This document shows positions 7,635 through 17,245 of a DNA stretch of 64,000 nucleotides, piece by piece. Positions within the stretch are counted from its first letter, which is position 1. Each line of letters begins with the position of its first letter. Under the pieces are notes generated by a model, which had not been told where the DNA came from, did no database searches, and worked only from the letters and a program-made list of their open reading frames with translations. Both the position numbers and the translations under genes were made by a program. The DNA comes from Minisyncoccota bacterium (GTDB taxonomy: Bacteria; Patescibacteriota; Minisyncoccia; Minisyncoccales; RBG-13-42-11), in assembly GCA_016782605.1 (NCBI GenBank), contig JADHYE010000002.1, positions 48,067-112,066 of the forward strand, in the 5' to 3' direction.

Positions 7635-9455
7635 CTATTCCACTGTCACGGACTTTGCCAGGTTTCTCGGCTTATCAACGTCGTTGCCAAGGGCAACAGC
7701 CACATAATAAGCGAAAAGATGCAAAGGAATAACTGCTAAAATAGGAGTTAACATTTCCAAGGTTTTAGGAATGTAAATTACGTCATCAACCAGCTTTTTA
7801 ATGTCTTCATTGCCTTCAGTAGCTATGGCTAAAACCGGTCCTTTTCTCGCTTTAATCTCCTGAATATTGGAAACCACTTTGTCATAAACCGAATCTGAAG
7901 GACAAATGGCGACAGTCGGAAAATCCTCTTCTACCAAAGCCAAAGCTCCATGTTTCAACTCTCCAGCAGCCACTCCTTCTGCGTGCAAATAAGAGGTTTC
8001 TTTTAGCTTTAAAGCTCCTTCCAGAGAAATCGGATAATTATATTTTCTGCCTATAAACCAAAAGTTCTTGAAATCTTTGTATTTCTTTGCTAATGCTTCA
8101 ATCTCAGCGCTTTGGCTTAAAACTCTTCTGGCAAGATCAGGCAATTTTGAAAGTTCAGAAACAATTCTTTTGCCCATTACCAAAGACATATCCCTTTGCC
8201 TTCCCAAATAAACGGTAATCATGGCTAAAGTAGATAATTGCCCCAAAAACGCTTTAGTTGAAGCTACAGCCACTTCCTGTCCTGACCTTGTATAGATACC
8301 AGCTGCTGTTTCCCTGGATTGGCTGGAGCCGACAACGTTCGTAATTCCCAAAGTCAAAGCTCCTTTCTCTTTCATTTCTTTTATGGCAGCTAAAGTATCT
8401 GCTGTTTCGCCTGATTGAGAAACAAATATGCCGGCTGTGTTTTTGTCGATAATCGGCTTTCTATAGCGGAATTCCGACCCCAAATCAACTTCTGCGGGCA
8501 AATTAGCATATTCTTCCAACATATATTCGCCAACCCTAGCTGCATAAGAAGCTGTACCGCAAGCTATTAGAAACACTTTCTTGATTTCCCTTAATTTATG
8601 TTCTGAAGAAGCCAATCCTCCCAGTTTTACATTTCCTTCATCCAATAAAAGTCTTCCCCTGATAGCATTCTCAATAGCTTCCGGCTCATCCATGATTTCT
8701 TTCAGCATAAAGTGAGGGTAGATGCCTTTTTGCGCCTCTTCCGGCGTCCAATCAATTTGGACAAATGCTTTTTCTTTTAAAATATGGAAATTATCCATTT
8801 TTAAAACGGCAATTTCATTGTCGTCTAAATTAATGACTTGCCTGGTATGGGTAATGACAGCTGAAGGGTCAGAGGCAATCAAGATTCCGTCCTGATTAAC
8901 GCCCAAAATCAGAGGAGAAGAAAGACGGGCAGCAACTATTTTACTAGGATCTTTTTTAGCGATAACAACCAGTCCGTAAGTACCTCTTATTTCTCTTAAA
9001 GCCTTTCTAACTGCCTCCTCAAGATTCCCATCAAAATATTTTTCAATTAAATGAGATAAAACTTCAGTATCGGTTTCAGAGCTGAATTTATGGCCTTCTT
9101 TAATCAACTTTTCCTTTAATTCCCGGTAATTCTCAATAATGCCGTTATGAATAGAAAAAATCTCTTTTTTACAGTCCCAGTGCGGGTGAGCGTTTTCATC
9201 TGTCACCCCACCGTGGGTTGCCCACCTCGTGTGTAGAATAAAAGGATTGCCCCTTAACTCCAAATTACTTTCTGCGATTAATTTTTCCAAATCGTCTATC
9301 CTGCCTGCTTTCTTCAAACAGAAAATCTCCTTTTTTTCAGGACTATACCAGGCAACGCCTGCTGAATCATATCCTCGGTACTCCAATCTTCTTAAAACGT
9401 CCAGTCCCACCCTAACATCATTGTTTTTGCCGATGTAACCGACAATACCACACAT
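7635..9455 (-). CDS. glmS: glutamine--fructose-6-phosphate aminotransferase
   Basis: 606 aa. MCGIVGYIG Ntn-Cys start, two SIS domains, C-terminal KSVTVE. Confidence 0.95.
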   Translation of the reverse strand: MCGIVGYIGKNNDVRVGLDVLRRLEYRGYDSAGVAWYSPEKKEIFCLKKAGRIDDLEKLIAESNLELRGNPFILHTRWATHGGVTDENAHPHWDCKKEIFSIHNGIIENYRELKEKLIKEGHKFSSETDTEVLSHLIEKYFDGNLEEAVRKALREIRGTYGLVVIAKKDPSKIVAARLSSPLILGVNQDGILIASDPSAVITHTRQVINLDDNEIAVLKMDNFHILKEKAFVQIDWTPEEAQKGIYPHFMLKEIMDEPEAIENAIRGRLLLDEGNVKLGGLASSEHKLREIKKVFLIACGTASYAARVGEYMLEEYANLPAEVDLGSEFRYRKPIIDKNTAGIFVSQSGETADTLAAIKEMKEKGALTLGITNVVGSSQSRETAAGIYTRSGQEVAVASTKAFLGQLSTLAMITVYLGRQRDMSLVMGKRIVSELSKLPDLARRVLSQSAEIEALAKKYKDFKNFWFIGRKYNYPISLEGALKLKETSYLHAEGVAAGELKHGALALVEEDFPTVAICPSDSVYDKVVSNIQEIKARKGPVLAIATEGNEDIKKLVDDVIYIPKTLEMLTPILAVIPLHLFAYYVAVALGNDVDKPRNLAKSVTVE

Positions 9456-9459
9456 AAAT

Positions 9460-11880
9460 TTAGATTACGATATTGATTAATCTTCTGGGAACGAAAATTA
9501 CCTTTTTAATTTCTTTATTCTGTACCCATTTTTTAACATTTTGACTGGAAATTGCAAGTTCTTTGGCTTTTTCTTCGGAAATATCAGCTTCAACCTCAAT
9601 CTTATCTCTGACTCTACCGTTAACCTGAACAACTAAAGTTATCATATCGTCTTTAATCAGTTTCTTGTCGTATTTCGGCCAAGATTGCTTATGGATTGAA
9701 TCCTTATTCCCTAACTGCCCCCAAAGCTCTTCAGTAATATGCGGCGCAAAAGGAGCTAAAATAACCAGGAATAAAGAATAATAAGAAAGAGAAATCTTTT
9801 CTTCTATTTCAAAACGATTGGCTAATATCATTAAAGCTGAAACTGCTGTATTGAATTTGAAATCTTCCAAATCCTCATTTATTTTTTTAATTGTTTTGTG
9901 AACCAGCTTCTCCAATTCTTGGCTATTAATTCCTTTTTCCTGATTCACTTTAAAACTTAATTTCCATATTTTATCTAAAAACCTATAACAACCCTTCAGC
10001 CCATTAATATTCCAATTGATCGCCTGATCAAATGGTCCCATAAACATTTCATAAAGTCTCAAGCTGTCAGCGCCAAAGCTTTTAACAATGTCATCGGGAT
10101 TAATAACGTTACCGAAAGACTTTGACATTTTTCTGCTGTCTTCAGCCAAGACTATGCCGTGCGAAGTCCTTTTTTTGTACGGTTCAGGTCCTGGAACGAC
10201 GTCGATATCGTAAAGAAATTTGTACCAAAAACGAGAATACAGCAAATGCAAGGTAGTATGTTCAAACCCTCCATCGTACCAGTCAACCGGCAACCAATGT
10301 TTCAATTTCTTTTTATCGGCTATTTTTTTATCATTTCCAGGATCAGTATAGCGAATGTAATACCAATTAGAACCTGCCCAGTTAGGCATGGTATCTGTTT
10401 CTCGTTTGGCGGGCCCTTTGCATTTCGGACATTTTACATTAACCCATTCTTCAATTTTGGATAAAGGTGATTCTCCTGTTCCTGTTGGCTGGTATTTTTC
10501 AACATATGGGAGTTCAATCGGCAATTCCTTTTCTGAGACAGGAACTGCTCCGCATTTTTCACAATGGATAATCGGAATCGGCTCTCCCCAGTAATGCTGC
10601 CTGGAAAAAACCCAATCACGTAGTTTGTAATTTATTGCTTTTCTGCCGACTTTCCTTTTCTCAAACCACTCAGTAATTTTTTTTATTGCTTCCCTCGACG
10701 TCAGGCCATCAAATTTCCCAGAGTTCACTAAGATTCCCTCTTCCGGACAACATACTTCCAAGTTTTTTACTTTTCCCCAAAGTTCATCGTCTTCCGGCCT
10801 TAAAGAAACTTTCAAGGGAATATTATATTTTTTAGCCATTTCAAAATCTCTTTGATCATGGGCATCGGCAAAAACAGCACCAGTCCCGTAATGCGCCAAC
10901 ACAAAATCTGCTATCCATATCGGTATTCTTTCATCAGTAGCAGGATTAATTGCATATGCGCCAGTAAATGCGCCATTTCTCTCTTTTTCCAGCTCGATAC
11001 GCTCTAATTCGTTTTTCTTGGCTGTTTCTTTAATATATCTTTCCACCTCTGCTTTTTGCTCCTCTGTAGTAATTTCTTTTACCAGCTTGCTCTCAGGGGC
11101 TAAAATTAAATATGTGCCAGAAAAGATAGTGTCAACACGAGTGGTAAAAACCGTTACCGTTTTATCGAATTTTTCAATTTTAAAATCAACTTCAGTCCCG
11201 TAACTCTTGCCAATCCAGTTAATCTGCTGGATTTTGATTTTTTCAAGGTAATCAACCTTATCCAAATCCTCAATCAATCGATCGGCATATTTTGTTATCT
11301 TCAATAACCATTGTTTAATCGTTTTCTGCTCGGTTTGCGCGCCGCAACGCTCACACTTACCACCTATCACTTCCTCGTGAGCCAAACCGATTTTACAAGA
11401 AGGACACCAATTAATAGGAATTTCTGCCTGGTAAGCCAATCCCTTTTTGAATAGTTGTAAAAATATCCACTGAGTCCACTTGTAATATTTTGGGTCGGTG
11501 GTATTTATTTCCCGACTCCAATCAAAAGAAAGACCCAAAGATTTCAACTGCCTTTTGAAATTGGCAATGTTCTTTTCAGTGGCTGTTTTCGGGTGAACGC
11601 CTGTTTTTATGGCATAGTTTTCAGTCGGCAGACCAAAAGCATCCCAGCCAATGGGATATAAAACATTAAAACCCTCCATTCTCTTTTTTCTAGCTACTGC
11701 ATCTAACGCAGAATAGCTGCGGCAGTGGCCAACATGAAGGCCGTCTCCCGAAGGATAAGGAAATTCAATTAGAATGTATTGTTTTGGCTTTTTCGAAGAA
11801 TCCACTGCCTTATAAAAGCCACTTTCTTCCCAATATTCCTGCCATTTTTTCTCAATTTTCTGATGATTATAAGCTTCCAT
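9460..11880 (-). CDS. leuS: leucine--tRNA ligase
   Basis: 806 aa with HVGH and KMSKS motifs. Confidence 0.95.
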   Translation of the reverse strand: MEAYNHQKIEKKWQEYWEESGFYKAVDSSKKPKQYILIEFPYPSGDGLHVGHCRSYSALDAVARKKRMEGFNVLYPIGWDAFGLPTENYAIKTGVHPKTATEKNIANFKRQLKSLGLSFDWSREINTTDPKYYKWTQWIFLQLFKKGLAYQAEIPINWCPSCKIGLAHEEVIGGKCERCGAQTEQKTIKQWLLKITKYADRLIEDLDKVDYLEKIKIQQINWIGKSYGTEVDFKIEKFDKTVTVFTTRVDTIFSGTYLILAPESKLVKEITTEEQKAEVERYIKETAKKNELERIELEKERNGAFTGAYAINPATDERIPIWIADFVLAHYGTGAVFADAHDQRDFEMAKKYNIPLKVSLRPEDDELWGKVKNLEVCCPEEGILVNSGKFDGLTSREAIKKITEWFEKRKVGRKAINYKLRDWVFSRQHYWGEPIPIIHCEKCGAVPVSEKELPIELPYVEKYQPTGTGESPLSKIEEWVNVKCPKCKGPAKRETDTMPNWAGSNWYYIRYTDPGNDKKIADKKKLKHWLPVDWYDGGFEHTTLHLLYSRFWYKFLYDIDVVPGPEPYKKRTSHGIVLAEDSRKMSKSFGNVINPDDIVKSFGADSLRLYEMFMGPFDQAINWNINGLKGCYRFLDKIWKLSFKVNQEKGINSQELEKLVHKTIKKINEDLEDFKFNTAVSALMILANRFEIEEKISLSYYSLFLVILAPFAPHITEELWGQLGNKDSIHKQSWPKYDKKLIKDDMITLVVQVNGRVRDKIEVEADISEEKAKELAISSQNVKKWVQNKEIKKVIFVPRRLINIVI

Positions 11881-11882
11881 TG

Positions 11883-12734
11883 TTAAATATTGAATAATTT
11901 CTTAGCATTTTCAGTAGTTACTTCCAATATTTCTTCATAGCTCAATTTCCTAATTTTAGCAATTCTTTCAGCAACGTATTTTACATATATTGGCTCATTG
12001 CGGCCGATCATGGGAGGCGGCGTCAAGTAGGGGCAATCTGTCTCAACCAAAATCTTATTAAGCGAAATTTTCTCAATAACTTCGTCCAAATTCAACTTAA
12101 AAATTATTCCGTTGAATCCGAGATAAAAACCCATATCAAGATATTTTTCAGCTTGCTGCCAATCCCCAGAAAAACAATGAATAACTCCTTGCAATTTACC
12201 GCCATACTGCCCGAGTATTTCAATAAGTTCATCGTGTGCCGTGCGGCAATGGAAAATTATCGGAAGATTCAATTCTTTAGCCAAATCAATCTCTTTTAAA
12301 AACGTTTCTCTCTGTTTTTCTTTAAATACTTCCAGCTTTGTTTTGGTCTTCGGCCGATAATAATAATCCAGGCCTATTTCGCCGATAGCGACCACCCGTC
12401 TCTTCGACGGGCCGCCGATGAGGCGGCTTTCTGATTTTGCTAATGCTTTATACTTCTCGTAATCAAAATCTTCGTTTTGCGTCTTAAAAGCTATTTCTTC
12501 CGTATCTAGCTTTGTCTTAAAGATTCCTTCAGCTAAATGAATCGGATGAAGACCGATAGCGGCATATACGCCTTGTTCATGCTTTTCAGCCATTTCAACC
12601 GCTCTTTTTGACGTTTCGTAAGTTGAGCCGACGTTTATTATCCAAACATCGTTATCTAAAGACCGACGAATCACTTCGTCGGCATCATCTTTGTAAGCAT
12701 TAAAATTAAGATGAGCGTGGGTGTCAATCATCAT
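11883..12734 (-). CDS. tatD: TatD family metal-dependent hydrolase
   Basis: MIDTHAHLN, AIGEIGLDYY, ETDCPYL motifs. Contains an extra GC-rich segment at 12396-12428. Confidence 0.85.
   Translation of the reverse strand: MMIDTHAHLNFNAYKDDADEVIRRSLDNDVWIINVGSTYETSKRAVEMAEKHEQGVYAAIGLHPIHLAEGIFKTKLDTEEIAFKTQNEDFDYEKYKALAKSESRLIGGPSKRRVVAIGEIGLDYYYRPKTKTKLEVFKEKQRETFLKEIDLAKELNLPIIFHCRTAHDELIEILGQYGGKLQGVIHCFSGDWQQAEKYLDMGFYLGFNGIIFKLNLDEVIEKISLNKILVETDCPYLTPPPMIGRNEPIYVKYVAERIAKIRKLSYEEILEVTTENAKKLFNI
12396..12428 (-). repeat. twin GC hairpins inside the tatD coding sequence
   Basis: cccgtc-tcttc-gacggg directly followed by gccgcc-gatga-ggcggc. Encodes SRLIGGPSKRR just before the conserved VVAIGEIGLD. 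Confidence 0.5.
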
Positions 12735-14134
12735 TATATTCTCGGAAATAAAGGTATGCTTTTTTCACTTTTTAAATGCTCAAGTATCTTTTCAGAAGTT
12801 TCTGGCAAAAATGGTTTCAATAAAGAAGCGATTTCGTTAATAGTAAACAGCAGGTTGTTTAATATCGCTTTTTGGTTATCAGACTGCTCCCAAGGCCTTT
12901 CTTTTTCAATATATTTGTCGCAAAAACTGATTAATTCCCAAATAACGGCCAAGGCTTCATTAAATTTGAATTCGTCTAGCGCTTTCTTGTATTCTTTCTT
13001 GCTTCTATCGATTGCTTTCTGAAAACCTTTGTCTGAAAGCTTGCCAGGAACAGATAATTTCAGGCTCTGTGCGATTTTAACCACTCTGGCCACCAAATTA
13101 CCTATACCGCTGGCTAAATCCGAATTATATCTCTGTTCAAACTTATCATAGGTAAAATCGCCGTCCTCGGTCGAAGGAATCTCGCGCAAAAGAAAATATC
13201 TGACAGCATCTACGCTATATTTTCCGACTAATTCAAAGGGACCAATAACATTTCCCAGGCTTTTTGACATTTTTTTTCCGTCAGCAGTGATAAAGCCGTG
13301 GACGAATATATTCTTCGGCCTTTCCAAGCCAGCAGCAAAAAGCATGGCTGGCCACATTAAAGCGTGGAAACGGAATATATCCTTGCCAAGGCAGTGGACA
13401 TCAGCTGGCCAATATCGATGAGGAAAAAGATAATTAAGCAAAGCCTCAAACCAAACATATGTTATTTGATCGGGATCATCAGGCACTGGTATCCCCCATT
13501 TTGAACTGTCTTTAGACCGGGAAACACTGATATCTTCTATCCCCTGGTTGATGAAACTTAAAATTTCATTCTTTCTGCTTTCCGGAATAATTTTAATTTT
13601 ATCTTTCTCTATCTCTTTTTTCACTAAAGAAGCATATTTTGAAAGTTTGAAAAAATAATTCTCTTCCTCAACCGGTTCCGGCTTATTATCGTGGTTAGGG
13701 CATTTTCCATTTACCAAATCTTTTTCTTTAACAAAAGCTTCGCAGCCAACGCAATAAAGCCCCTTGTATTTCTTTTTATAAATATCTCCCTTTTTGACCA
13801 GTTGATTCCAAAACTTTTCAACTGTCGGCCAGTGCCTTTTCCTATCAGTCGTCCTGATGAAATCATTGTTGGAAATATTTAAAACTTTTGTTAAAGCCCT
13901 ATATCTCTCAGAAATTTCATCAACAAAAACAATTGGCGCTTTCCCTTGTTCTTCAGCCTTCCTTTCAATTTTTAACCCGTGCTCGTCCGTCCCGGTCAGA
14001 AAGAAAACATCCTTTCCCAAAATTCTCTGATAGCGAGCCAGTACGTCTGTCTGGACCAATTCTAAAGCAAAGCCGATATGCGGCAAAGCATTTGTGTAGG
14101 CAATACTGGTTGTGATATAAAATTTATTCTTCAT
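12734..14134 (-). CDS. metG: methionine--tRNA ligase (short form)
   Basis: 466 aa. PHIGF (HIGH variant), KMSKS, and CxxC knuckles. Confidence 0.92.
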   Translation of the reverse strand: MKNKFYITTSIAYTNALPHIGFALELVQTDVLARYQRILGKDVFFLTGTDEHGLKIERKAEEQGKAPIVFVDEISERYRALTKVLNISNNDFIRTTDRKRHWPTVEKFWNQLVKKGDIYKKKYKGLYCVGCEAFVKEKDLVNGKCPNHDNKPEPVEEENYFFKLSKYASLVKKEIEKDKIKIIPESRKNEILSFINQGIEDISVSRSKDSSKWGIPVPDDPDQITYVWFEALLNYLFPHRYWPADVHCLGKDIFRFHALMWPAMLFAAGLERPKNIFVHGFITADGKKMSKSLGNVIGPFELVGKYSVDAVRYFLLREIPSTEDGDFTYDKFEQRYNSDLASGIGNLVARVVKIAQSLKLSVPGKLSDKGFQKAIDRSKKEYKKALDEFKFNEALAVIWELISFCDKYIEKERPWEQSDNQKAILNNLLFTINEIASLLKPFLPETSEKILEHLKSEKSIPLFPRI

Positions 14135-14808
14135 CGTACAATAATAACGAATTCTCCTTTTATTTTATCATTTTGAACGTCTTTTATCACTTTTTCGATG
14201 TTCCCGCGGTAAATTGTTTCAAATTTCTTGGTCAGTTCGCGGCAAACCACCACCCTCAATCCTTTATCCATATTTTTCAATTCTTCCAATGTTTTTATAA
14301 TCCTGTAAGGCGATTCATAAAGAATTACCGGGTATTTTGAATTGACCGCTTCTTCAAAAAACTTCTTTCGTTTGTTTTTTACCGGCGGAAAGCCCAAAAA
14401 CAAGAATCTGTCAGTCGGAAATCCGGAAACCGAAGCAGCTGCAATCACAGCTGAAGCTCCGGGCACAGGAATAATCTTAACCTTATCCCCCAAGCTTTTT
14501 GCTACTTCATCAATCAATAAATTTCCTGGATCAGAAATGCCAGGAGTCCCAGCATCCGAAACAAGGGCCAAATTCTTGTCTGCCTTTAATAAATCAACAA
14601 TATAGTCTGTTTTATTGAGTTTTGAATGCTGGTGATAGCTTATTGTTTGTTTTTTAATGCCATAGGAATCCAATAATATTTTGGTTTTCCTGGTGTCTTC
14701 GCACAAAATTAAATCAACCTCCGATAAAATGCGGAGGGCTCTTTTTGAAACGTCTTCTAAATTCCCGATGGGAGTAGCAATAATGTAAAGAAATGCCATT
14801 TTATGCAA
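14131..14808 (-). CDS. rsmI: 16S rRNA (cytidine1402-2'-O)-methyltransferase
   Basis: LYIIATPIGNLEDVSKRAL..CEDTR is typical of the RsmI tetrapyrrole-methylase fold. Start is possibly ATG 14799. Confidence 0.85.
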   Translation of the reverse strand: MHKMAFLYIIATPIGNLEDVSKRALRILSEVDLILCEDTRKTKILLDSYGIKKQTISYHQHSKLNKTDYIVDLLKADKNLALVSDAGTPGISDPGNLLIDEVAKSLGDKVKIIPVPGASAVIAAASVSGFPTDRFLFLGFPPVKNKRKKFFEEAVNSKYPVILYESPYRIIKTLEELKNMDKGLRVVVCRELTKKFETIYRGNIEKVIKDVQNDKIKGEFVIIVR

Positions 14809-15838
14809 CCGCTTCTTCTGAACTTATGCGGTCTTTTCTTTTTTTGAAAAAATCACTGATGAATTCAAAAAAGATTCCGGCTAAAGGAATTGCCAGGATA
14901 GCGCCTAACAATCCCCAAAGCTGTCCGCCAATCAATAAAGCGATTAAAACCAAAACTGGCGGCAATCCGATGAATTTTTTGCTCAAAATCGGAGTAAGAA
15001 TATTTCCCTCTATCTGCTGGATCAGAAAGAAAACAATCAGAATGAATATGGCTTTTAACCAGTCCTCCAAGAAAACCAAAATAGCAATTACTCCTCCAGC
15101 CAATACCGGACCAATAATGGGAATAATGTTGGTGATGCCGGCAAACAAACCCAAACTGAAAGCGTAATCAATCTTAAACAGTTTTAAAGCGAGAAAAGAA
15201 GCCAATCCCACGAAAAAGCAGCATAAAACCCTTGTACCGAACCATCCTGAAATCTTCTGCTGAGATCTTTCCCAAACGCTTACTGCATAATCCTCGTTTT
15301 TCTTCGGGAAAAAAAGCCTGATCGCTCTTTCTGCCCATTTGCCTTCCAGAGAAAAGAAAAAAGCAAGGGAAAAAATGGTAAAAGCGGAAAAGATTCCACC
15401 GAAAACAGCTGAGAGAGCAGTAAAAATATTCGAAGAAGCGCCTAATAACCAATTTTCAGAAGAGGCAATGAAACTTTCAAAGCTTTCAAAAGCTCCTATA
15501 CCCAGCCATTTTAAAGGCGGAGTTATTTTTTCAAAGTATTGCGAGAAAAGTTCGGCGAACTGCCTGATTTCAGGGATAAAAGACAAAGATATCAAATATA
15601 TTGCTCCCCCAAAAAAGCCGAAAATCAAAACATAGACCAAACCGGTAGCCAGAACGCGGTGAACTCTTCTCCTTTGCAGGAAATCTATTGCCGGATTGAA
15701 CAAAACCGAAATAATCAAAGCGAAAATGATCAAAATCAAAATATCCCTGATTTCATAAAGGAGATAAATGATAAGAGCGGCCAAAGCAACCTTTAAAATG
15801 CTCCTCCAGGAAATATCCAATAGTTTTTCGCTGTTCAC
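14801..15838 (-). CDS. AI-2E family transporter (PerM-like permease)
   Basis: 345 aa, multi-TM, family-like C-terminal half. The GTG start overlaps the last nt of element A2. Confidence 0.75.
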   Translation of the reverse strand: MNSEKLLDISWRSILKVALAALIIYLLYEIRDILILIIFALIISVLFNPAIDFLQRRRVHRVLATGLVYVLIFGFFGGAIYLISLSFIPEIRQFAELFSQYFEKITPPLKWLGIGAFESFESFIASSENWLLGASSNIFTALSAVFGGIFSAFTIFSLAFFFSLEGKWAERAIRLFFPKKNEDYAVSVWERSQQKISGWFGTRVLCCFFVGLASFLALKLFKIDYAFSLGLFAGITNIIPIIGPVLAGGVIAILVFLEDWLKAIFILIVFFLIQQIEGNILTPILSKKFIGLPPVLVLIALLIGGQLWGLLGAILAIPLAGIFFEFISDFFKKRKDRISSEEAVA

Positions 15839-15970
15839 CCCGTTAGAAGTCTGTCTTTATATGGCTTTAAACCAATTTCAGACATCCTTTGTTTTTTGAT
15901 TATACCCCGTTATTGCAGAACAGAAAAAATTTTAATTTAAATTTTTTCTGACAAAGACTTCTAACGGGGT
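15837..15970. repeat. A-family long-stem element A2
   Basis: accccgttagaagtct (15837-15852) pairs with agacttctaacggggt (15955-15970). An extra half-site accccgtta lies at 15904-15912. The loop holds a TATAAT (minus strand, 15904-15899). Confidence 0.85.
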
Positions 15971-17239
15971 TCATAATTTTAGCAACTTTTGAAATTTTTC
16001 TTTGTCTTTAAAGGGGCCGATTAAAGCCAGATTCAACTTATCATTTCTGAAAATCTCTTTGGCTACTTTCAGAATATCATTCTGGCTGACTTTATCAATC
16101 ATCTGGCATTGTTTTTCCGGAGTATCAATATTGCCCTTTAATATTTCCTGTTCGCCAAAATATGTTGCCCAAGCTTCAGAAGTTTCTAACCCCAAATAAA
16201 GATGACCTTTTATATTGTCTTTGGCTTTTTGAAGCTCTGCTTTTGATACTTTTTTTTCTTTTAGTTTTCGGTATTCCTTAATAATGACCTTAATTGCATC
16301 TACTGTTCTTTTATTGTCGAGTCCGGTATGAGTAATTAGATATCCTGAATCAGTATATGCTTCAGCCATTGCTCTAACATGGTAAGCCATACCCCTCTTT
16401 TCCCTGATTTCGGTAAAAAGCCTGGAACTCATATTCCCGCCCAAAAGATTGGCTAATACTGCTAAAGGATATCTTTTTTGAGAAAAAATATTATAAGCTC
16501 TCACGCCCAAAGCTAAGTGAGTCTGATCTGTTTCTTTTGTTTGAATCAGAACTTGCGGAGTTTTTTGCTTTTCAACTACGGGCTTTTTAGACAAAGTTTT
16601 ATTCTTTTTAAATTTATCGAAAAACTTCTTTAATTTAAAAATTGCTTCTTTTTCTGAAAAATTTCCAGCTAAAACTATAACTGCATTCTTTGCGTTAAAT
16701 TGATTTTTAGAATATTTTATTACGTCCTCTCGAGAGATTTGCCTTACTGTTTCTTTTTCTCCTGAAATCATCCAGCCAGCCGGCTGATCTCCATATAAAA
16801 GTTTTTCCCAGAGCTCTAAAATATATGCCTGCGGCATATCAAGAGACATGTTAATTTCTTCAATAATTGTCTTCTTTTCCTTTTCAACGGCTTTCTCTTT
16901 AATAAGGGGATTGAAAATCATGTCTGAAATGATATCGCAAGAAAGTTCAAGGTGCTTTGAATCAACTTTTGTCCAAAAACCCATTAATTCCTTGCCAGTA
17001 TAAGCATTAATAATGCCGCCAACCTTATCTATCTCTTTGGCAATATCTGTGGGATTTGGCCGTTTCTTTGTCCCCTTAAAAACTATATGTTCCAAAAAAT
17101 GAGAAATACCGTTAATTTTCTTAGTTTCATATTTTGTTCCAGCGCCAAATAAAACAAGTAAGGTCAAAACCCGCGTATTTTCCATTGGGTAAGTAATAAT
17201 GCGTAATCCGTTCTTTAAAACGGTTTTCTTTAAAGCCAT
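15971..17239 (-). CDS. M16 family (pitrilysin/insulinase-like) zinc peptidase
   Basis: 422 aa with the HFLEH inverted zinc motif. Confidence 0.85.
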   Translation of the reverse strand: MALKKTVLKNGLRIITYPMENTRVLTLLVLFGAGTKYETKKINGISHFLEHIVFKGTKKRPNPTDIAKEIDKVGGIINAYTGKELMGFWTKVDSKHLELSCDIISDMIFNPLIKEKAVEKEKKTIIEEINMSLDMPQAYILELWEKLLYGDQPAGWMISGEKETVRQISREDVIKYSKNQFNAKNAVIVLAGNFSEKEAIFKLKKFFDKFKKNKTLSKKPVVEKQKTPQVLIQTKETDQTHLALGVRAYNIFSQKRYPLAVLANLLGGNMSSRLFTEIREKRGMAYHVRAMAEAYTDSGYLITHTGLDNKRTVDAIKVIIKEYRKLKEKKVSKAELQKAKDNIKGHLYLGLETSEAWATYFGEQEILKGNIDTPEKQCQMIDKVSQNDILKVAKEIFRNDKLNLALIGPFKDKEKFQKLLKL

Positions 17240-17245
17240 AAAAAG

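Noticed and set aside
9456-9459. glmS ribozyme or T-box leaders in front of glmS and the five aaRS genes
   Set aside because: glmS starts 4 nt after the leuS stop. The aaRS genes are either translationally coupled to upstream genes or preceded by A/C-family elements with no T-box (AGGGUGGNACCGCG-like) sequence.
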